From: Acutalibacteraceae bacterium
Lineage (GTDB): Bacteria; Bacillota; Clostridia; Oscillospirales; Acutalibacteraceae
Direction: 5' to 3'
NCBI GenBank assembly: GCA_045602345.1
Contig: JAZSBI010000012.1
Location: forward strand, 17 to 64,016
DNA length: 64,000 bases
In this document: piece by piece, positions 50,703 through 60,822 of the stretch
How positions within the stretch are numbered: position 1 is the stretch's first letter
Layout: each line of letters starts with the position of its first letter
Program-made: the position numbers and the translations under genes
Notes under the pieces: generated by a model
Told to the model about the DNA's origin: nothing
The model's input: only the letters and a program-made list of their open reading frames with translations
Database searches by the model: none

Positions 50703-52433
50703 ATGGGAGTAAGACCAGCCAAATTTGAAAGTGCCGGTAAAACATCCGAGCACTACATACCCGGTGTATACACCAGACGGCACACAGTACCAGCCGGAAG
50801 CGGTGTTTCATCGGGCAATCTTTGTATTATCGGGCACAGTAACGGCGGAGAACCGTTCAAAATGTATGATTTTGCCGACAAATCAGAAGCAAAACAGTAT
50901 TTGTTTAACGGCCAGCTTCTTGACGGTGTAGCAAATGCCTTTAACGGTTCAAATGATTTTGTTCCGCAGCATGTAATGGCAATGCGCGTCAATGAGGGTA
51001 CTCAATCATCATTGCTTCTTAAAAGAGGAGCGGAAGATATAATTAAAATTCCGAGTGCTGATTTTGGACCGCATTGTAATCAGCTCAAATTGTGGCTCAA
51101 AAAAGGCACAGAACCAGGAACAGTACGGTTAATTGCAGACTTCAAAGGTGAAGCAATTACAGCAGACAATATCGGACAGAAACTTTTTTCATTGTCTTAT
51201 ATTGGTGAAGGTGTAAGTGCTTCTTATGCCATTTCAAACTACGGTATCACTTTGAAAGCAGCAGATGGAGATGGTAATGTAATTGATTCTTATGAATTCC
51301 TTTGGGATGATATTGAAACAATTTATCAGCTTATTGCTGTTATCAATGACACAGACGCTTATCATGCAACAACTATCATTAAAGACCCTGACGCACGGAC
51401 AAATCTGATTGACGCTGTTCCGTCAACAGAATTTGAAGAAAACGCAGCAATTATCCGGGGTGATTGTACTGCATTAATTAACGCGCTGAAAAACATTTCT
51501 TATTTTGATTCTGATGAAATAGAACTTGTTGAAAATGCGCCGCGTATGCTGCCTGATTTAACAGATTCTTATATTTATTTCACCGGTGGAAGTGAAGGTG
51601 CTTATACTGTAGAACAGTGGATGAAAGCACTGACAGAACTCGAAAAGTACGACATTCAGTGTATTGCGACACCTTCGACGGAGCATTTTGTACATGTTCT
51701 TATTTCAGACCATTGTGCAGAAATGTCTTTGATTGATAAAAAGCAGGAACGGCAGTTCATTGTTGGCAATGCTATTGGTACATCAATTGATGATACAATT
51801 GCCGCTGCTTCTGAATTAAATTCAGAATACGGCTCTCTTGTTTTCAACAGTGCAATTGCAAATGATCCGTTCACAACTGCAAAAGAACATATTTCAGGCG
51901 GTATGCTTGCATGTAAAATTGCCGGTATGGAAGCTGCTTTATCTCCAAACAATCCAGTCACAAACAAAGTGCTCAAAGTTAATGGTTTTGGAGAAGAACT
52001 TAGCGCAACACAAATGAACAAGCTTATTAAAAATGGTGTTCTTTGTTGCGGTAAAAATGACGACGGCGAGCTTGTTGTTATACGTGCCGTAACAACATTG
52101 CAGCGCGATAATCTTGCATTGAATGAGCGTTCTATGGTGCGTGAAGCACTTTATATGGACAGAGATTTGCGCAAGGCATTTTCACGGAAAGTTGGTTCTG
52201 GAGAAAACCCTTCTGAAAGCGATATTCTTAACATTTTGAAGAACAAAGCTAATGAATGGGCTGAACTTGGTTATATCGTTGTCGGTGATGAAGGACTTAT
52301 TCACGGTGCAAGTGTTAAGTTTGATGGAGACGCTATTTATCTTACATATGGTAAATATCTTACAGCTCCAAAAAACTTCATTTTTATTACAAGCGTAAAC
52401 GAAGTATATACTTCTACAACCAGAGTAAAATAA
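50703..52433 (+). CDS. tail sheath protein
   Basis: 576 aa, directly upstream of the tube gene, with AGGGGG SD. The call rests on position and size in the myovirus module. Confidence 0.8.
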   Translation: MGVRPAKFESAGKTSEHYIPGVYTRRHTVPAGSGVSSGNLCIIGHSNGGEPFKMYDFADKSEAKQYLFNGQLLDGVANAFNGSNDFVPQHVMAMRVNEGTQSSLLLKRGAEDIIKIPSADFGPHCNQLKLWLKKGTEPGTVRLIADFKGEAITADNIGQKLFSLSYIGEGVSASYAISNYGITLKAADGDGNVIDSYEFLWDDIETIYQLIAVINDTDAYHATTIIKDPDARTNLIDAVPSTEFEENAAIIRGDCTALINALKNISYFDSDEIELVENAPRMLPDLTDSYIYFTGGSEGAYTVEQWMKALTELEKYDIQCIATPSTEHFVHVLISDHCAEMSLIDKKQERQFIVGNAIGTSIDDTIAAASELNSEYGSLVFNSAIANDPFTTAKEHISGGMLACKIAGMEAALSPNNPVTNKVLKVNGFGEELSATQMNKLIKNGVLCCGKNDDGELVVIRAVTTLQRDNLALNERSMVREALYMDRDLRKAFSRKVGSGENPSESDILNILKNKANEWAELGYIVVGDEGLIHGASVKFDGDAIYLTYGKYLTAPKNFIFITSVNEVYTSTTRVK

Positions 52434-52446
52434 GGGGAGGTAAAAA

Positions 52447-52983
52447 GTGGCAGATTCAAAAGACATGCAGAATTATGACACTCGCGGCGGCTCTTTGACA
52501 CAGGGCCATAACTGTGTTGTTCGTGTTGACTTGAGCGATCCTAACGGTTCTAACCCTGTTGAAATTGGTATGGTAGAAAATGGGGACTGGACGGCAAATG
52601 TTGAGACAGCAAAAGCAAACGTTATCGGATGTTTTACCAGCGCATCAATTGATGCTGTAGGTATTTCAGCAAATGCATCACTGACTGGTTTTATTCCTAC
52701 AAAGAACGCTTTGAAAGGCTTTGAGGATATGCGCGGCGGCGGTAAATTCTCAATTAAATCTTTCAAGCCGTCAAACACACGCCTTATTGATTCAAAACTT
52801 GTCACAAAAATTCCATACATGGATTTTTACGACAAAGACAGTCAGGCAGTTGTTTCGTTTGTAGTTCATTGTGTACCGACAAGATACCATGAAGCAGTAC
52901 AAGGCAGAGGATATGTTAAAGCTGATATTAACTTTGAATGTATTCTTATGGAAAACGGTGCTGATTTTGAAAGCGAGATTTAA
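52447..52983 (+). CDS. tail tube protein
   Basis: 178 aa. GTG start with GGGGAGG SD. Followed by a terminator. Confidence 0.7.
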   Translation: MADSKDMQNYDTRGGSLTQGHNCVVRVDLSDPNGSNPVEIGMVENGDWTANVETAKANVIGCFTSASIDAVGISANASLTGFIPTKNALKGFEDMRGGGKFSIKSFKPSNTRLIDSKLVTKIPYMDFYDKDSQAVVSFVVHCVPTRYHEAVQGRGYVKADINFECILMENGADFESEI

Positions 52984-52996
52984 GCTTTAATTACTG

Positions 52997-53024
52997 ACGC
53001 TGCTGTAACAGGCAGCGTTTTTTA
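52997..53024 (+). terminator. intrinsic terminator after the tube gene
   Basis: ACGCTGCT-gtaaca-GGCAGCGT followed by TTTTTT. Confidence 0.65.
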
Positions 53025-53038
53025 GAAAGGACAAGACA

Positions 53039-53539
53039 ATGGAAGTTACTGAAAAAATGCTTAAAGAGGGCGGTGACTCTCTTTTTTATGCTATTATCAA
53101 CGGCGAGGAATTAACACAGACAATCAAAACACACAGAGGTATTTTTGTAATTAAATACGCTAACCAGCGTGAATTGCAGAAAATTGACTGGATTGTAGCA
53201 AGAATGCGCGCAGGTGTTCCAACAGAATGTTTTGATGCTGTAGCAAATATTTCACTTATCAAAACTGCTACACTTGATGTACTGACAGTTACCGGTGCGG
53301 ACTGGTACGAAAAAGCAAAAGTTAAAAACGAAAATTTCTCATGGAGGGATGTGCCTGATACAGAGCTCATTGATGAGCTGTATGTTAAGGCATTTACTTT
53401 TCGCGAAGAAGTTAAAAATCAGATTGGAAGAGCTAAAAAAGAAGCCGATTCAGCAAAATCTGAACATGAAGACGTTCAAGAAACTCTGGATGATGATGTA
53501 TTTTCGGGTGTTACCGGAGACACAAAGACAGGACAATGA
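53039..53539 (+). CDS. tail assembly chaperone (gpG-like)
   Basis: Located between the tube and tape measure genes. Acidic C-terminus. Confidence 0.6.
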   Translation: MEVTEKMLKEGGDSLFYAIINGEELTQTIKTHRGIFVIKYANQRELQKIDWIVARMRAGVPTECFDAVANISLIKTATLDVLTVTGADWYEKAKVKNENFSWRDVPDTELIDELYVKAFTFREEVKNQIGRAKKEADSAKSEHEDVQETLDDDVFSGVTGDTKTGQ

Positions 53540-53705
53540 TTTTATTGATATTTTCTTTGATTTTGCTAACTCATACACAGAAGAATCGATACGTAACGCA
53601 TATCTAAAAGAGAAACACGCGGAAACTCATAAGCATGATGCGAATTTCTTTAGAGATTTAGGATATTCAGAAGAAGATATTTCTAAAATGGATTTAGATA
53701 AATAG
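53490..53705 (+). CDS. +1-frame ORF overlapping the chaperone 3' end (candidate frameshift extension, gpGT-like)
   Basis: The open frame continues to 53705. A TTTT run at 53501-53504 lies in the overlap. No SD precedes its ATGs. Confidence 0.35.
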   Translation: MMMYFRVLPETQRQDNDFIDIFFDFANSYTEESIRNAYLKEKHAETHKHDANFFRDLGYSEEDISKMDLDK

Positions 53706-53713
53706 GGGCTTTT

Positions 53714-55816
53714 ATGGCAGGTTCAACAGAAGTTAGATTAAAAGTAAACACAGGCGATTCAGTAGGTGCGATTCAGAATTTAACTGATAAAGTTAAAGAT
53801 TTGAATGTGGCACTTGGCGACGCTATGGCAAAAGGTGACTACAATCAAGCCGCGTCAATCGCTTCTACAATCAACTCTATTGAACAGGCCAACAGGTACG
53901 GCAGCGGAGACGGTAACGGATCAGCGCCGGACAAAAAAGGCAAAAACGGCGGCGGTGTTGGCGGTATGCTCGTCAACACTTCTAATGCCGCAGCCGGAAC
54001 AGTTCAAAACGTAGCAAGCGGCAACTATGCTGGTGCTACTGTAACCGGCGTAAAAGGTGCTGGAAACGCGCTCAAAGATTTGAGTGGCACAGCCAGTAAA
54101 GCCGGACTAGGTGGACTAAGTACATTTCTATCAATTGGCGGTGTAGCTGCCTTGATTGGTGGTGCGGCATTAGGTGCTGGAAACGCGCTTGCAGAACAAT
54201 ACGAAAAAGTATTACCAACAATTGATGAATTCCAACAAAGATACGGGAAAAGCGGTTTAAGCGCAGAAGAAAATTCTGTACATGGACTTGATAAATATAG
54301 AGAAACAGCGTCAAAGTGGGCGAAGGGTACAGGCAAAAGCACTGCTGAAATAATGTCTTTAGCCGGTGCAGCTGGAACATATGGCGTTAAAAATGAAGAC
54401 AAAGCCCTTGAAATGGCAAGCCGCGATGTAAAATGGGCAAACTATACAAGCGGAAATGTTGACCTTATGCAGCAATTATCAGGCTTGTCTTACCGTTACG
54501 GTATGAAAGGCGAAGCCATGCAGTTTGCCAACGCCGGGCGAGAAGCTACGGGCCTTGCAAAAGGACAGACAGACGAATTTTTAAATTCAATGCTCAAAGT
54601 CATTCAGGAAGGAATTTCAAGCGGTTTTGTAAGAAGCGCGGAAGAAGTAGCTACAAACATGAATATGCTGTATAAACTTTCAGGCGGAAATGCCATGTGG
54701 CAGGGAGAAAACGGCGCGCAGAAACTTTCAAGCATGAATCAGGCTATGGCATCGGCTACAAATCTTGAAAGTGTTACTGATATGATACAATACAGTGCCG
54801 CAAATAACATTCTTGACGGTAAAACAATTGAAGAAAGACAGGCGATTTTAGGTAAAGATGTTACAGGCGGCTACACTGATACTATGCAGCTTTTAGAGCG
54901 CGGTGTAACTCCTGAAATTCTTAAAACCGTGTTTGAATCTGTCGGCAAGCTTGACGGCGGAAACAAAGATGCTATGATTGAGCGTTTCCGTTCAATGTAT
55001 GGCTTGAACTATACCGGCGCGGCACAGGTTTTAGGCATGTACGAGAAAGCACAGAGCGGAAACGTTGACTGGGGTTCATTTTCACAGCAGATTAAGGCTA
55101 TCAAGGAAAACCCCGATTTTAAGTCTGACCAGACCAAGATGCAGGAAACGGCAAACCAAATTAATAGCGAGGTTGTATCTATAGGCCGTTCTGCTGAAAC
55201 AATGAAAGATACCTTACTTTCTGGAATTTCCGGCGGTGTAAACAAGATTGTAGAATTCCTTTATAAAGATGAATCTGAAAGAACGGCGAAATCTGCTCTT
55301 GACGGCTTATTTGATAAAAACGAAAAAAACTATAGGAAAAATGCTGAAAAAAATCTTGCAGCTGCTCTTAGCAATCCAGAAACAGCAACAAATGCAGCTA
55401 TGATAGTTCAATATCTTGGTGGTCTTAGTGATGAAGAAAGAGAAGCGCTTAACAAAAGCGACAAACTAAATGCAATAGACTTTAAATCTGCTAATACAAT
55501 GAACATTTTGAAAGGTGCTGATAATGCTGTATCTTCTATGCAAAACAAATCTGATTATTATAGGCTGGTAGACAAGGCTATTACTGATAATGAATGGCTT
55601 AACACATTAACGGAAAAAGACGGTAGAAAAACAAAGTTCAGTTTTCAAAGGGATGCTATGGATCTTTTTGATGTTGAGTCTTCAATAGCTTCGGCTCAAA
55701 ACAGACCTATTGATAATTCTGAACTAATTAGAGCTATTGTAACATTACTTGAACAAATAGCTAAGAAAAACGACATAACAAATGTAAATTTAGAGTTTAT
55801 GAACGACGCATATTAA
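53714..55816 (+). CDS. tail tape measure protein
   Basis: 700 aa. Has a G/A-rich hydrophobic segment (GLGGLSTFLSIGGVAALIGGAALGAG). Position fits. Confidence 0.8.
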   Translation: MAGSTEVRLKVNTGDSVGAIQNLTDKVKDLNVALGDAMAKGDYNQAASIASTINSIEQANRYGSGDGNGSAPDKKGKNGGGVGGMLVNTSNAAAGTVQNVASGNYAGATVTGVKGAGNALKDLSGTASKAGLGGLSTFLSIGGVAALIGGAALGAGNALAEQYEKVLPTIDEFQQRYGKSGLSAEENSVHGLDKYRETASKWAKGTGKSTAEIMSLAGAAGTYGVKNEDKALEMASRDVKWANYTSGNVDLMQQLSGLSYRYGMKGEAMQFANAGREATGLAKGQTDEFLNSMLKVIQEGISSGFVRSAEEVATNMNMLYKLSGGNAMWQGENGAQKLSSMNQAMASATNLESVTDMIQYSAANNILDGKTIEERQAILGKDVTGGYTDTMQLLERGVTPEILKTVFESVGKLDGGNKDAMIERFRSMYGLNYTGAAQVLGMYEKAQSGNVDWGSFSQQIKAIKENPDFKSDQTKMQETANQINSEVVSIGRSAETMKDTLLSGISGGVNKIVEFLYKDESERTAKSALDGLFDKNEKNYRKNAEKNLAAALSNPETATNAAMIVQYLGGLSDEEREALNKSDKLNAIDFKSANTMNILKGADNAVSSMQNKSDYYRLVDKAITDNEWLNTLTEKDGRKTKFSFQRDAMDLFDVESSIASAQNRPIDNSELIRAIVTLLEQIAKKNDITNVNLEFMNDAY

Positions 55817-55850
55817 ACATGTCAACAATTGAATGTCAATTCTATAATCA

Positions 55851-55905
55851 TTGACAGTAAAAAGATATAATTATAAAATGTAGTAACGTTTGTATCGCAG
55901 ATACA
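55851..55905 (+). promoter_or_regulatory. promoter plus leader hairpin, copy G
   Basis: TTGACA-17-TAAAAT. Perfect hairpin 55891-55905 (TGTATC-GCA-GATACA). Confidence 0.7.
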
Positions 55906-55927
55906 GCACAAATCGTGAGGTACAAAC

Positions 55928-57325
55928 GTGCGCGAAACCAATATACATGCAAGAGTTATCAAGCCGAAAGTTTTAATTAAAGATAACGAAAGCGGAAATA
56001 TCAAAAAGACCTTCGCGCCTTCTGCAGGCTGTAAAAGCCTTCTCAATTACACATTTCAGACTGGAATCAACGACACAAAAGGTTCATTCTCATTAACATT
56101 TTATCCAGACGATGAAAACGGCAATCCTATTTTTGACCAAATTTCCGTTATGGATATTGTAGAAATTCACGAGCGTATTGACCCGAAAGACGAAAATTCA
56201 AAGCCTGATTTTATAGGTGTTGTTAAAAGTAGAAAATATGTTTCTCAAGTTACAGGAAGCGGAATTCAAAGAAAATTATCTGTATCTGGTATCTCTGTTA
56301 TCGGTTTAATTGCTGATTATGAAATAAACCTTGACAGCAAGGCTTGTGCCATAACAAATCAAATGAGCGTAACAGAAGAAATTCGCAAAAAACTTTCAAT
56401 TCAGCTTATTAAAGAAAATTTAACTGTTAAAGAAGTTATAGATGCAGTTTGGGAGCACTTCAAACACAATGCTAATGCTTTTGGTTGTTTGGCAAATCCA
56501 AAAATCGGTGAAATTCTTGAAAAATTTTGCGGTTCAATATTCCAGGTAGAAGACGGGCTTAATGTTCATTATTATATCGGCAATCTGTTTAATGATTCAG
56601 GCTGCAATAATTTTTATGGCATAATTGACGGTGTTACGCCTTCGCCGCCGTATGAAAAAAGAATCATCATGGATGATACAGGCCCTAAAATTGCAATCCG
56701 TGAATGTCCTTTTGGTGACAGCTGGCAGAATCTTGATGATACAATACAGACTATTGATCCGACGTATGTAAGAGCTTATGATTTTACACAGTCTGACAGT
56801 GATGTATATACAGTCTTTTTCAGCTATGTCAACGGTTATCCGGTTCAAGAAGACAAAGCCCTTAAACTTAATGCAATTGCACAAAACAAAGACGGCACTT
56901 TGGAAATTGCTAATAAGAAAATGGGCATTTACGGCTACAAGCCGCTTATGGTTACATTCAACGGTTACGGCAAAGAAGACGGTAAACAGGACACTACAAC
57001 TAATGAGAAGCTTCAAAAGCTGAATCAAAAACTGATGAAATGGTTCGGGCAGTTAGACGAAATGCTGACGGGTAGCTTGACTGTTATAACCTACAAGAAA
57101 ACAGACAGTGAAACAAAAGAAGTGCCGAAGCCCGGCGAAAAAATCAAATTCTTAGGCGGTGAGTGGTACATAGAGACAGCCCGGCATACATGGAATTATG
57201 GCGGCAGCCCTGAAACTGTTTTGACCATTTCGCGTGGCGGTGATTATTCTAGCGGTGAATTCGCGCCATTAAAAAACGCATCTACGGCTTACAAGTTGTT
57301 TGAAGAAGGGAAAAAGCAGGAATGA
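55928..57325 (+). CDS. baseplate hub / gpD-XkdQ-like protein
   Basis: GTG start with GTGAGG SD. It is the first gene after the tape measure. Assigned by position only. Confidence 0.5.
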   Translation: MRETNIHARVIKPKVLIKDNESGNIKKTFAPSAGCKSLLNYTFQTGINDTKGSFSLTFYPDDENGNPIFDQISVMDIVEIHERIDPKDENSKPDFIGVVKSRKYVSQVTGSGIQRKLSVSGISVIGLIADYEINLDSKACAITNQMSVTEEIRKKLSIQLIKENLTVKEVIDAVWEHFKHNANAFGCLANPKIGEILEKFCGSIFQVEDGLNVHYYIGNLFNDSGCNNFYGIIDGVTPSPPYEKRIIMDDTGPKIAIRECPFGDSWQNLDDTIQTIDPTYVRAYDFTQSDSDVYTVFFSYVNGYPVQEDKALKLNAIAQNKDGTLEIANKKMGIYGYKPLMVTFNGYGKEDGKQDTTTNEKLQKLNQKLMKWFGQLDEMLTGSLTVITYKKTDSETKEVPKPGEKIKFLGGEWYIETARHTWNYGGSPETVLTISRGGDYSSGEFAPLKNASTAYKLFEEGKKQE

Positions 57326-58170
57326 CAACTAATGTAAACGTAAATATCGTTAAACCGCCGGTTTTGCAACAAAAAGAGATTCCACAGGAAACACCTTTTG
57401 ACAAACGCTTTGGATTTTGGGGAGTTGTTACGGAAGTGCATCCAGAAGACTGCACTGTTCATGTAACAATGGACACCGGGCGCGAGCTTACAGGTGTACG
57501 TGTAGCTTCTACTGAATGGGTAACAATCGACAAAGAGAAAAACTACTTATCAGGTGAAAGACACTTGCCGCCGGTTGATTCATTTGTTTTTTGCATTATG
57601 CCGAATGGCAGACCAGAAACAGCATTTGTTTTATGTTCTGGATTTGCCTATCAGGATGCGCGGCACGCTGAATTCAAGAAAAAAGACAAAGCAAAAGAAT
57701 GGGAAAAACACGAAAATTCCGGCTGGAAGAAAATAACAAAGTATGAAGACGGCTCAAAACTAATTCAAAACGCTGTAAAAGACGGTGATGAAGACATAAA
57801 AATAGAAATAGACCAGTCAGACAAAGACAACAAAGTTATTAGAATAACTGTCTATGACCATAAACTAACCGTTGATAAAGATCAGGTAGAGCTTAAAACC
57901 ACAAGCAAAAAAGTGTTAATAGAAACTGAAAAAGACAAATTTGAGCTTGACGGCAAAATAGAATTAATGGCAAAAGAATCTGATTTACTGAAAATCGGTA
58001 ATAAAGTTGGTACTTTAGGCAAGCTTTTTGATGATTTATGCGATGCTTTAATGAAACTGTACACAAACACAGCAATGGGGCCGCTTATTCACAAACACAG
58101 CGCGACAATGTGGGGAGAGCATAGAATCCGGCCTATAAGAGAGAGGGCAGAAAGGATTTTGGAGAAATAG
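57322..58170 (+). CDS. baseplate spike (gpV/gp5 OB-fold-like)
   Basis: Contains the FWGVVTEVHPEDCTVHVTMDTGRELTGVRVAS pattern. Confidence 0.55.
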   Translation: MTTNVNVNIVKPPVLQQKEIPQETPFDKRFGFWGVVTEVHPEDCTVHVTMDTGRELTGVRVASTEWVTIDKEKNYLSGERHLPPVDSFVFCIMPNGRPETAFVLCSGFAYQDARHAEFKKKDKAKEWEKHENSGWKKITKYEDGSKLIQNAVKDGDEDIKIEIDQSDKDNKVIRITVYDHKLTVDKDQVELKTTSKKVLIETEKDKFELDGKIELMAKESDLLKIGNKVGTLGKLFDDLCDALMKLYTNTAMGPLIHKHSATMWGEHRIRPIRERAERILEK

Positions 58171-58171
58171 C

Positions 58172-60097
58172 ATGGCTTATATGAATGAAAAATTATGGCA
58201 GAAAGCCTACATGCTGGAATTTCTCGAAGACACAACATCAGTTGATGTTTTTACTTTTTCAGTGCCGCCTGAAAGTGAAGACCTTGATTTTCCGCAAAGA
58301 GTATCAGAAACAAAGACTTTTGGCGGAGCTGTATTTGATGATTATGGCAATGACACAATACACATTACTCTTTCAGGCACAACAATAAACGAAGAAGAAA
58401 AATATATTTATTGCGGTGCAAAAGAAGCTTTAAGCCTGACCGGAGAACGAGAAATATTCCATTTGCAGAATTTATTGCAGAAATGGGGAGACTTAGAACA
58501 AGTTAAAAAGAATAAAAAAATATATCTCTATGACTTGTCTAAGATGAACGCCGCGCAGCGGATGACCGGCACTACAACAAGGAATTATTGGCGTGTTTTT
58601 ATAAAAGATTTCAAAATCAAACGCTCAAAAGACAAGCCTTTTACATTCTGCTATACACTCGACATGATAGGTGTTTTGACAGAAAAAAACACGTTCAGCG
58701 CGCCTTTTGAGAAATATTCAGAAGTAATTGAAAAAGCAATGAAGGGTGTTGAAAAGCTGCAAAAAGGCATAGATAAAGCGCAGATTGTTATAAATACCGT
58801 TGATAATGTACTGGACAATCTTTGGAACTTAAAAAAATCCTTTGAAAGCATGAAAAACCCTTCTGTGCTTAAAATTGCAAGTGCAGCTGATTCAGCGTTA
58901 AGGATTGTAACGGGTAACTCAAATCATATTTGCTATAGCACAGCTAAAACCGTTATGAAGCACATGCAGCGCTTGAAAAGTCTTGCAAAAAAAGACGGTA
59001 AAATATCACTCAAAGAGGGCAAAACATTTCGGGGTGAAAGCAGTATCGTATCTTTTGATACTTTGGGCGGTTCTGTTGTACCTTCTCAGGTTGTTCGTTA
59101 TCTTGAGCTTGTAAGCAAGCCGTTTGAACCAGAAAAGAAACGCTGTAGTTTTACCGGCTGGTTTGCTGACAAAACATGTTCTGAATTATTCAATTTTTTA
59201 ACGGAAATAGACAAGAATACAACGCTTTATGCCGGTTGGGTAACAAAAACTATTGTTGTTACCGTCAATCCGAAAAATGGGAAAGCTTCTTATTATGTTG
59301 AAATTCCAAAAGGCTCATGCCTTGAAATTCCTGTAACACCGACAAAAAAAGACAGTGTATTTATGGGCTGGTGTACTGATAATAATTGCGAAAATCCTTT
59401 TGATTTTGCGCAGCCTGTAAATGAAGACATGACGATTTATGCAAAATGGATTTCAGGGTATCAGATTGTTTTTAACTCAATGGGCGGCGATGAAGTTGAA
59501 ACACAGTTGATTCACAAAAATGAACGTGTCATATATCCACTTACACCAAACAAAAAGAATTATCAGTTTGCAGGCTGGTATACAGATGAATTATGCCTTA
59601 ATGAATATGACTTCTCTTTGCCGGTAACTTCATCTTTTGAACTGTTTGCCGCATGGGTTAAGTTTGCTAATTTCATAAAATTTGAAAGCTACGGCGGCAG
59701 CCCGGTTGAGGTTCAGTCTGTCAATATTGGTGAAAAAATCATTAAACCGGCTGATCCGGTACGGGAAGGCTACACCTTTATTTTCTGGTGCGATGATGTA
59801 AATGCAAGCAATGAATTCTTTTTTGATAATTTTGCTGTATACGGTTCAAAAACTCTTTATGCGCGCTGGCAGAGAAACTTGTATAATGTAAGTTTTGACA
59901 CAAACGGCGGAAGCTTAATAGAAGACAGTAAAATATATCATGGCGAGCTTGTTCCAGCGCCTATAAGACCTTTCAAAGAAAATTATGTATTTGACAAGTG
60001 GTGTACTGATGCAGAATTGCAGCATGAATTTGATTTTGACACGCCTATAACAGCAAATATCACTTTATATGCAAAATGGTTCAGAGGTGCGGAATGA
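58172..60097 (+). CDS. baseplate-associated protein with about 5 Listeria-Bacteroides (Flg_new) repeats
   Basis: Recurring F.GW..D..C...FDF..P...(D/N).TLYAKW units run from about aa 320 to 640. Confidence 0.65.
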   Translation: MAYMNEKLWQKAYMLEFLEDTTSVDVFTFSVPPESEDLDFPQRVSETKTFGGAVFDDYGNDTIHITLSGTTINEEEKYIYCGAKEALSLTGEREIFHLQNLLQKWGDLEQVKKNKKIYLYDLSKMNAAQRMTGTTTRNYWRVFIKDFKIKRSKDKPFTFCYTLDMIGVLTEKNTFSAPFEKYSEVIEKAMKGVEKLQKGIDKAQIVINTVDNVLDNLWNLKKSFESMKNPSVLKIASAADSALRIVTGNSNHICYSTAKTVMKHMQRLKSLAKKDGKISLKEGKTFRGESSIVSFDTLGGSVVPSQVVRYLELVSKPFEPEKKRCSFTGWFADKTCSELFNFLTEIDKNTTLYAGWVTKTIVVTVNPKNGKASYYVEIPKGSCLEIPVTPTKKDSVFMGWCTDNNCENPFDFAQPVNEDMTIYAKWISGYQIVFNSMGGDEVETQLIHKNERVIYPLTPNKKNYQFAGWYTDELCLNEYDFSLPVTSSFELFAAWVKFANFIKFESYGGSPVEVQSVNIGEKIIKPADPVREGYTFIFWCDDVNASNEFFFDNFAVYGSKTLYARWQRNLYNVSFDTNGGSLIEDSKIYHGELVPAPIRPFKENYVFDKWCTDAELQHEFDFDTPITANITLYAKWFRGAE

Positions 60098-60822
60098 AAG
60101 ACAGCAAAATAGACATTGAAGACAGACTGATAGAAAATCTTGCTGTTTGTGAAGACGCGGCAAATAAGCTTGTCATGCTTGCAAAAGAGAATACCACTAA
60201 CATTGAGCAGCTTGTTTATGTGAATAAAGAGGGCAATGACGAAACAATTTTCGTTTATGACTTCAAAAAAATTGCATGGAAAAGCACAGACACTTTTGAC
60301 AAGCTGGCTGTTCAATTCTATAGCGATGCAAATTACGGTACTTTGATAGCTTATTACAATAAGATTCAGAATGAAGATGAAATTGAAGCCGGTACAGAAA
60401 TAAGAATTCCGATTTTCACTCAAACAACAAATATTTTCAGAAACAAGATTTATTCAACGCCTGAACAAAGAGAAAATTATGGGCGTGATATACGCATGAA
60501 AGACGGTAAATTTGAACTTTTTGGTAATGATTTTGCTTTTACCGTCGGACAGGAAACTTTAGCGCAATCGATTGATAACAGACTTAATACATCTTTCAAA
60601 AAAAGAATCCGCTTGGGTGCTTATGGTATACGCGCATCAATCGGAGATACGGCAGCTGTAAATTCTTACCTAGTTTCTTCTATTGAACAGACAATACTTG
60701 AAGATCCGCGTATAAGCGCGGTAACAGGCATTGAATTCAAACATGAGGGCAGCGCTTTAACCGTTCTAGTCAAATATAAAGACATTAACAGCACTGAAAA
60801 TTCGCATGAGGTATTAGTATGA
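60094..60822 (+). CDS. LysM-like domain fused to a gp25/GpW-like baseplate wedge domain
   Basis: ATG 60094 overlaps the upstream stop. LysM-like TFDKLAVQFYSDANYGTLIAYYNKIQNEDEIEAGTEIRIP, and gp25-like LAQSIDNRLNTSFKKRIRLGAYG. Confidence 0.55.
   Translation: MKDSKIDIEDRLIENLAVCEDAANKLVMLAKENTTNIEQLVYVNKEGNDETIFVYDFKKIAWKSTDTFDKLAVQFYSDANYGTLIAYYNKIQNEDEIEAGTEIRIPIFTQTTNIFRNKIYSTPEQRENYGRDIRMKDGKFELFGNDFAFTVGQETLAQSIDNRLNTSFKKRIRLGAYGIRASIGDTAAVNSYLVSSIEQTILEDPRISAVTGIEFKHEGSALTVLVKYKDINSTENSHEVLV

Noticed and set aside
53805-54402. Alternative-frame ORFs inside the tape measure gene (53805..54014 +, 54025..54402 -, 54072..54380 -).
   Set aside because: They are a G/A-rich compositional artefact within a 700-aa ORF that fits the tape measure position.
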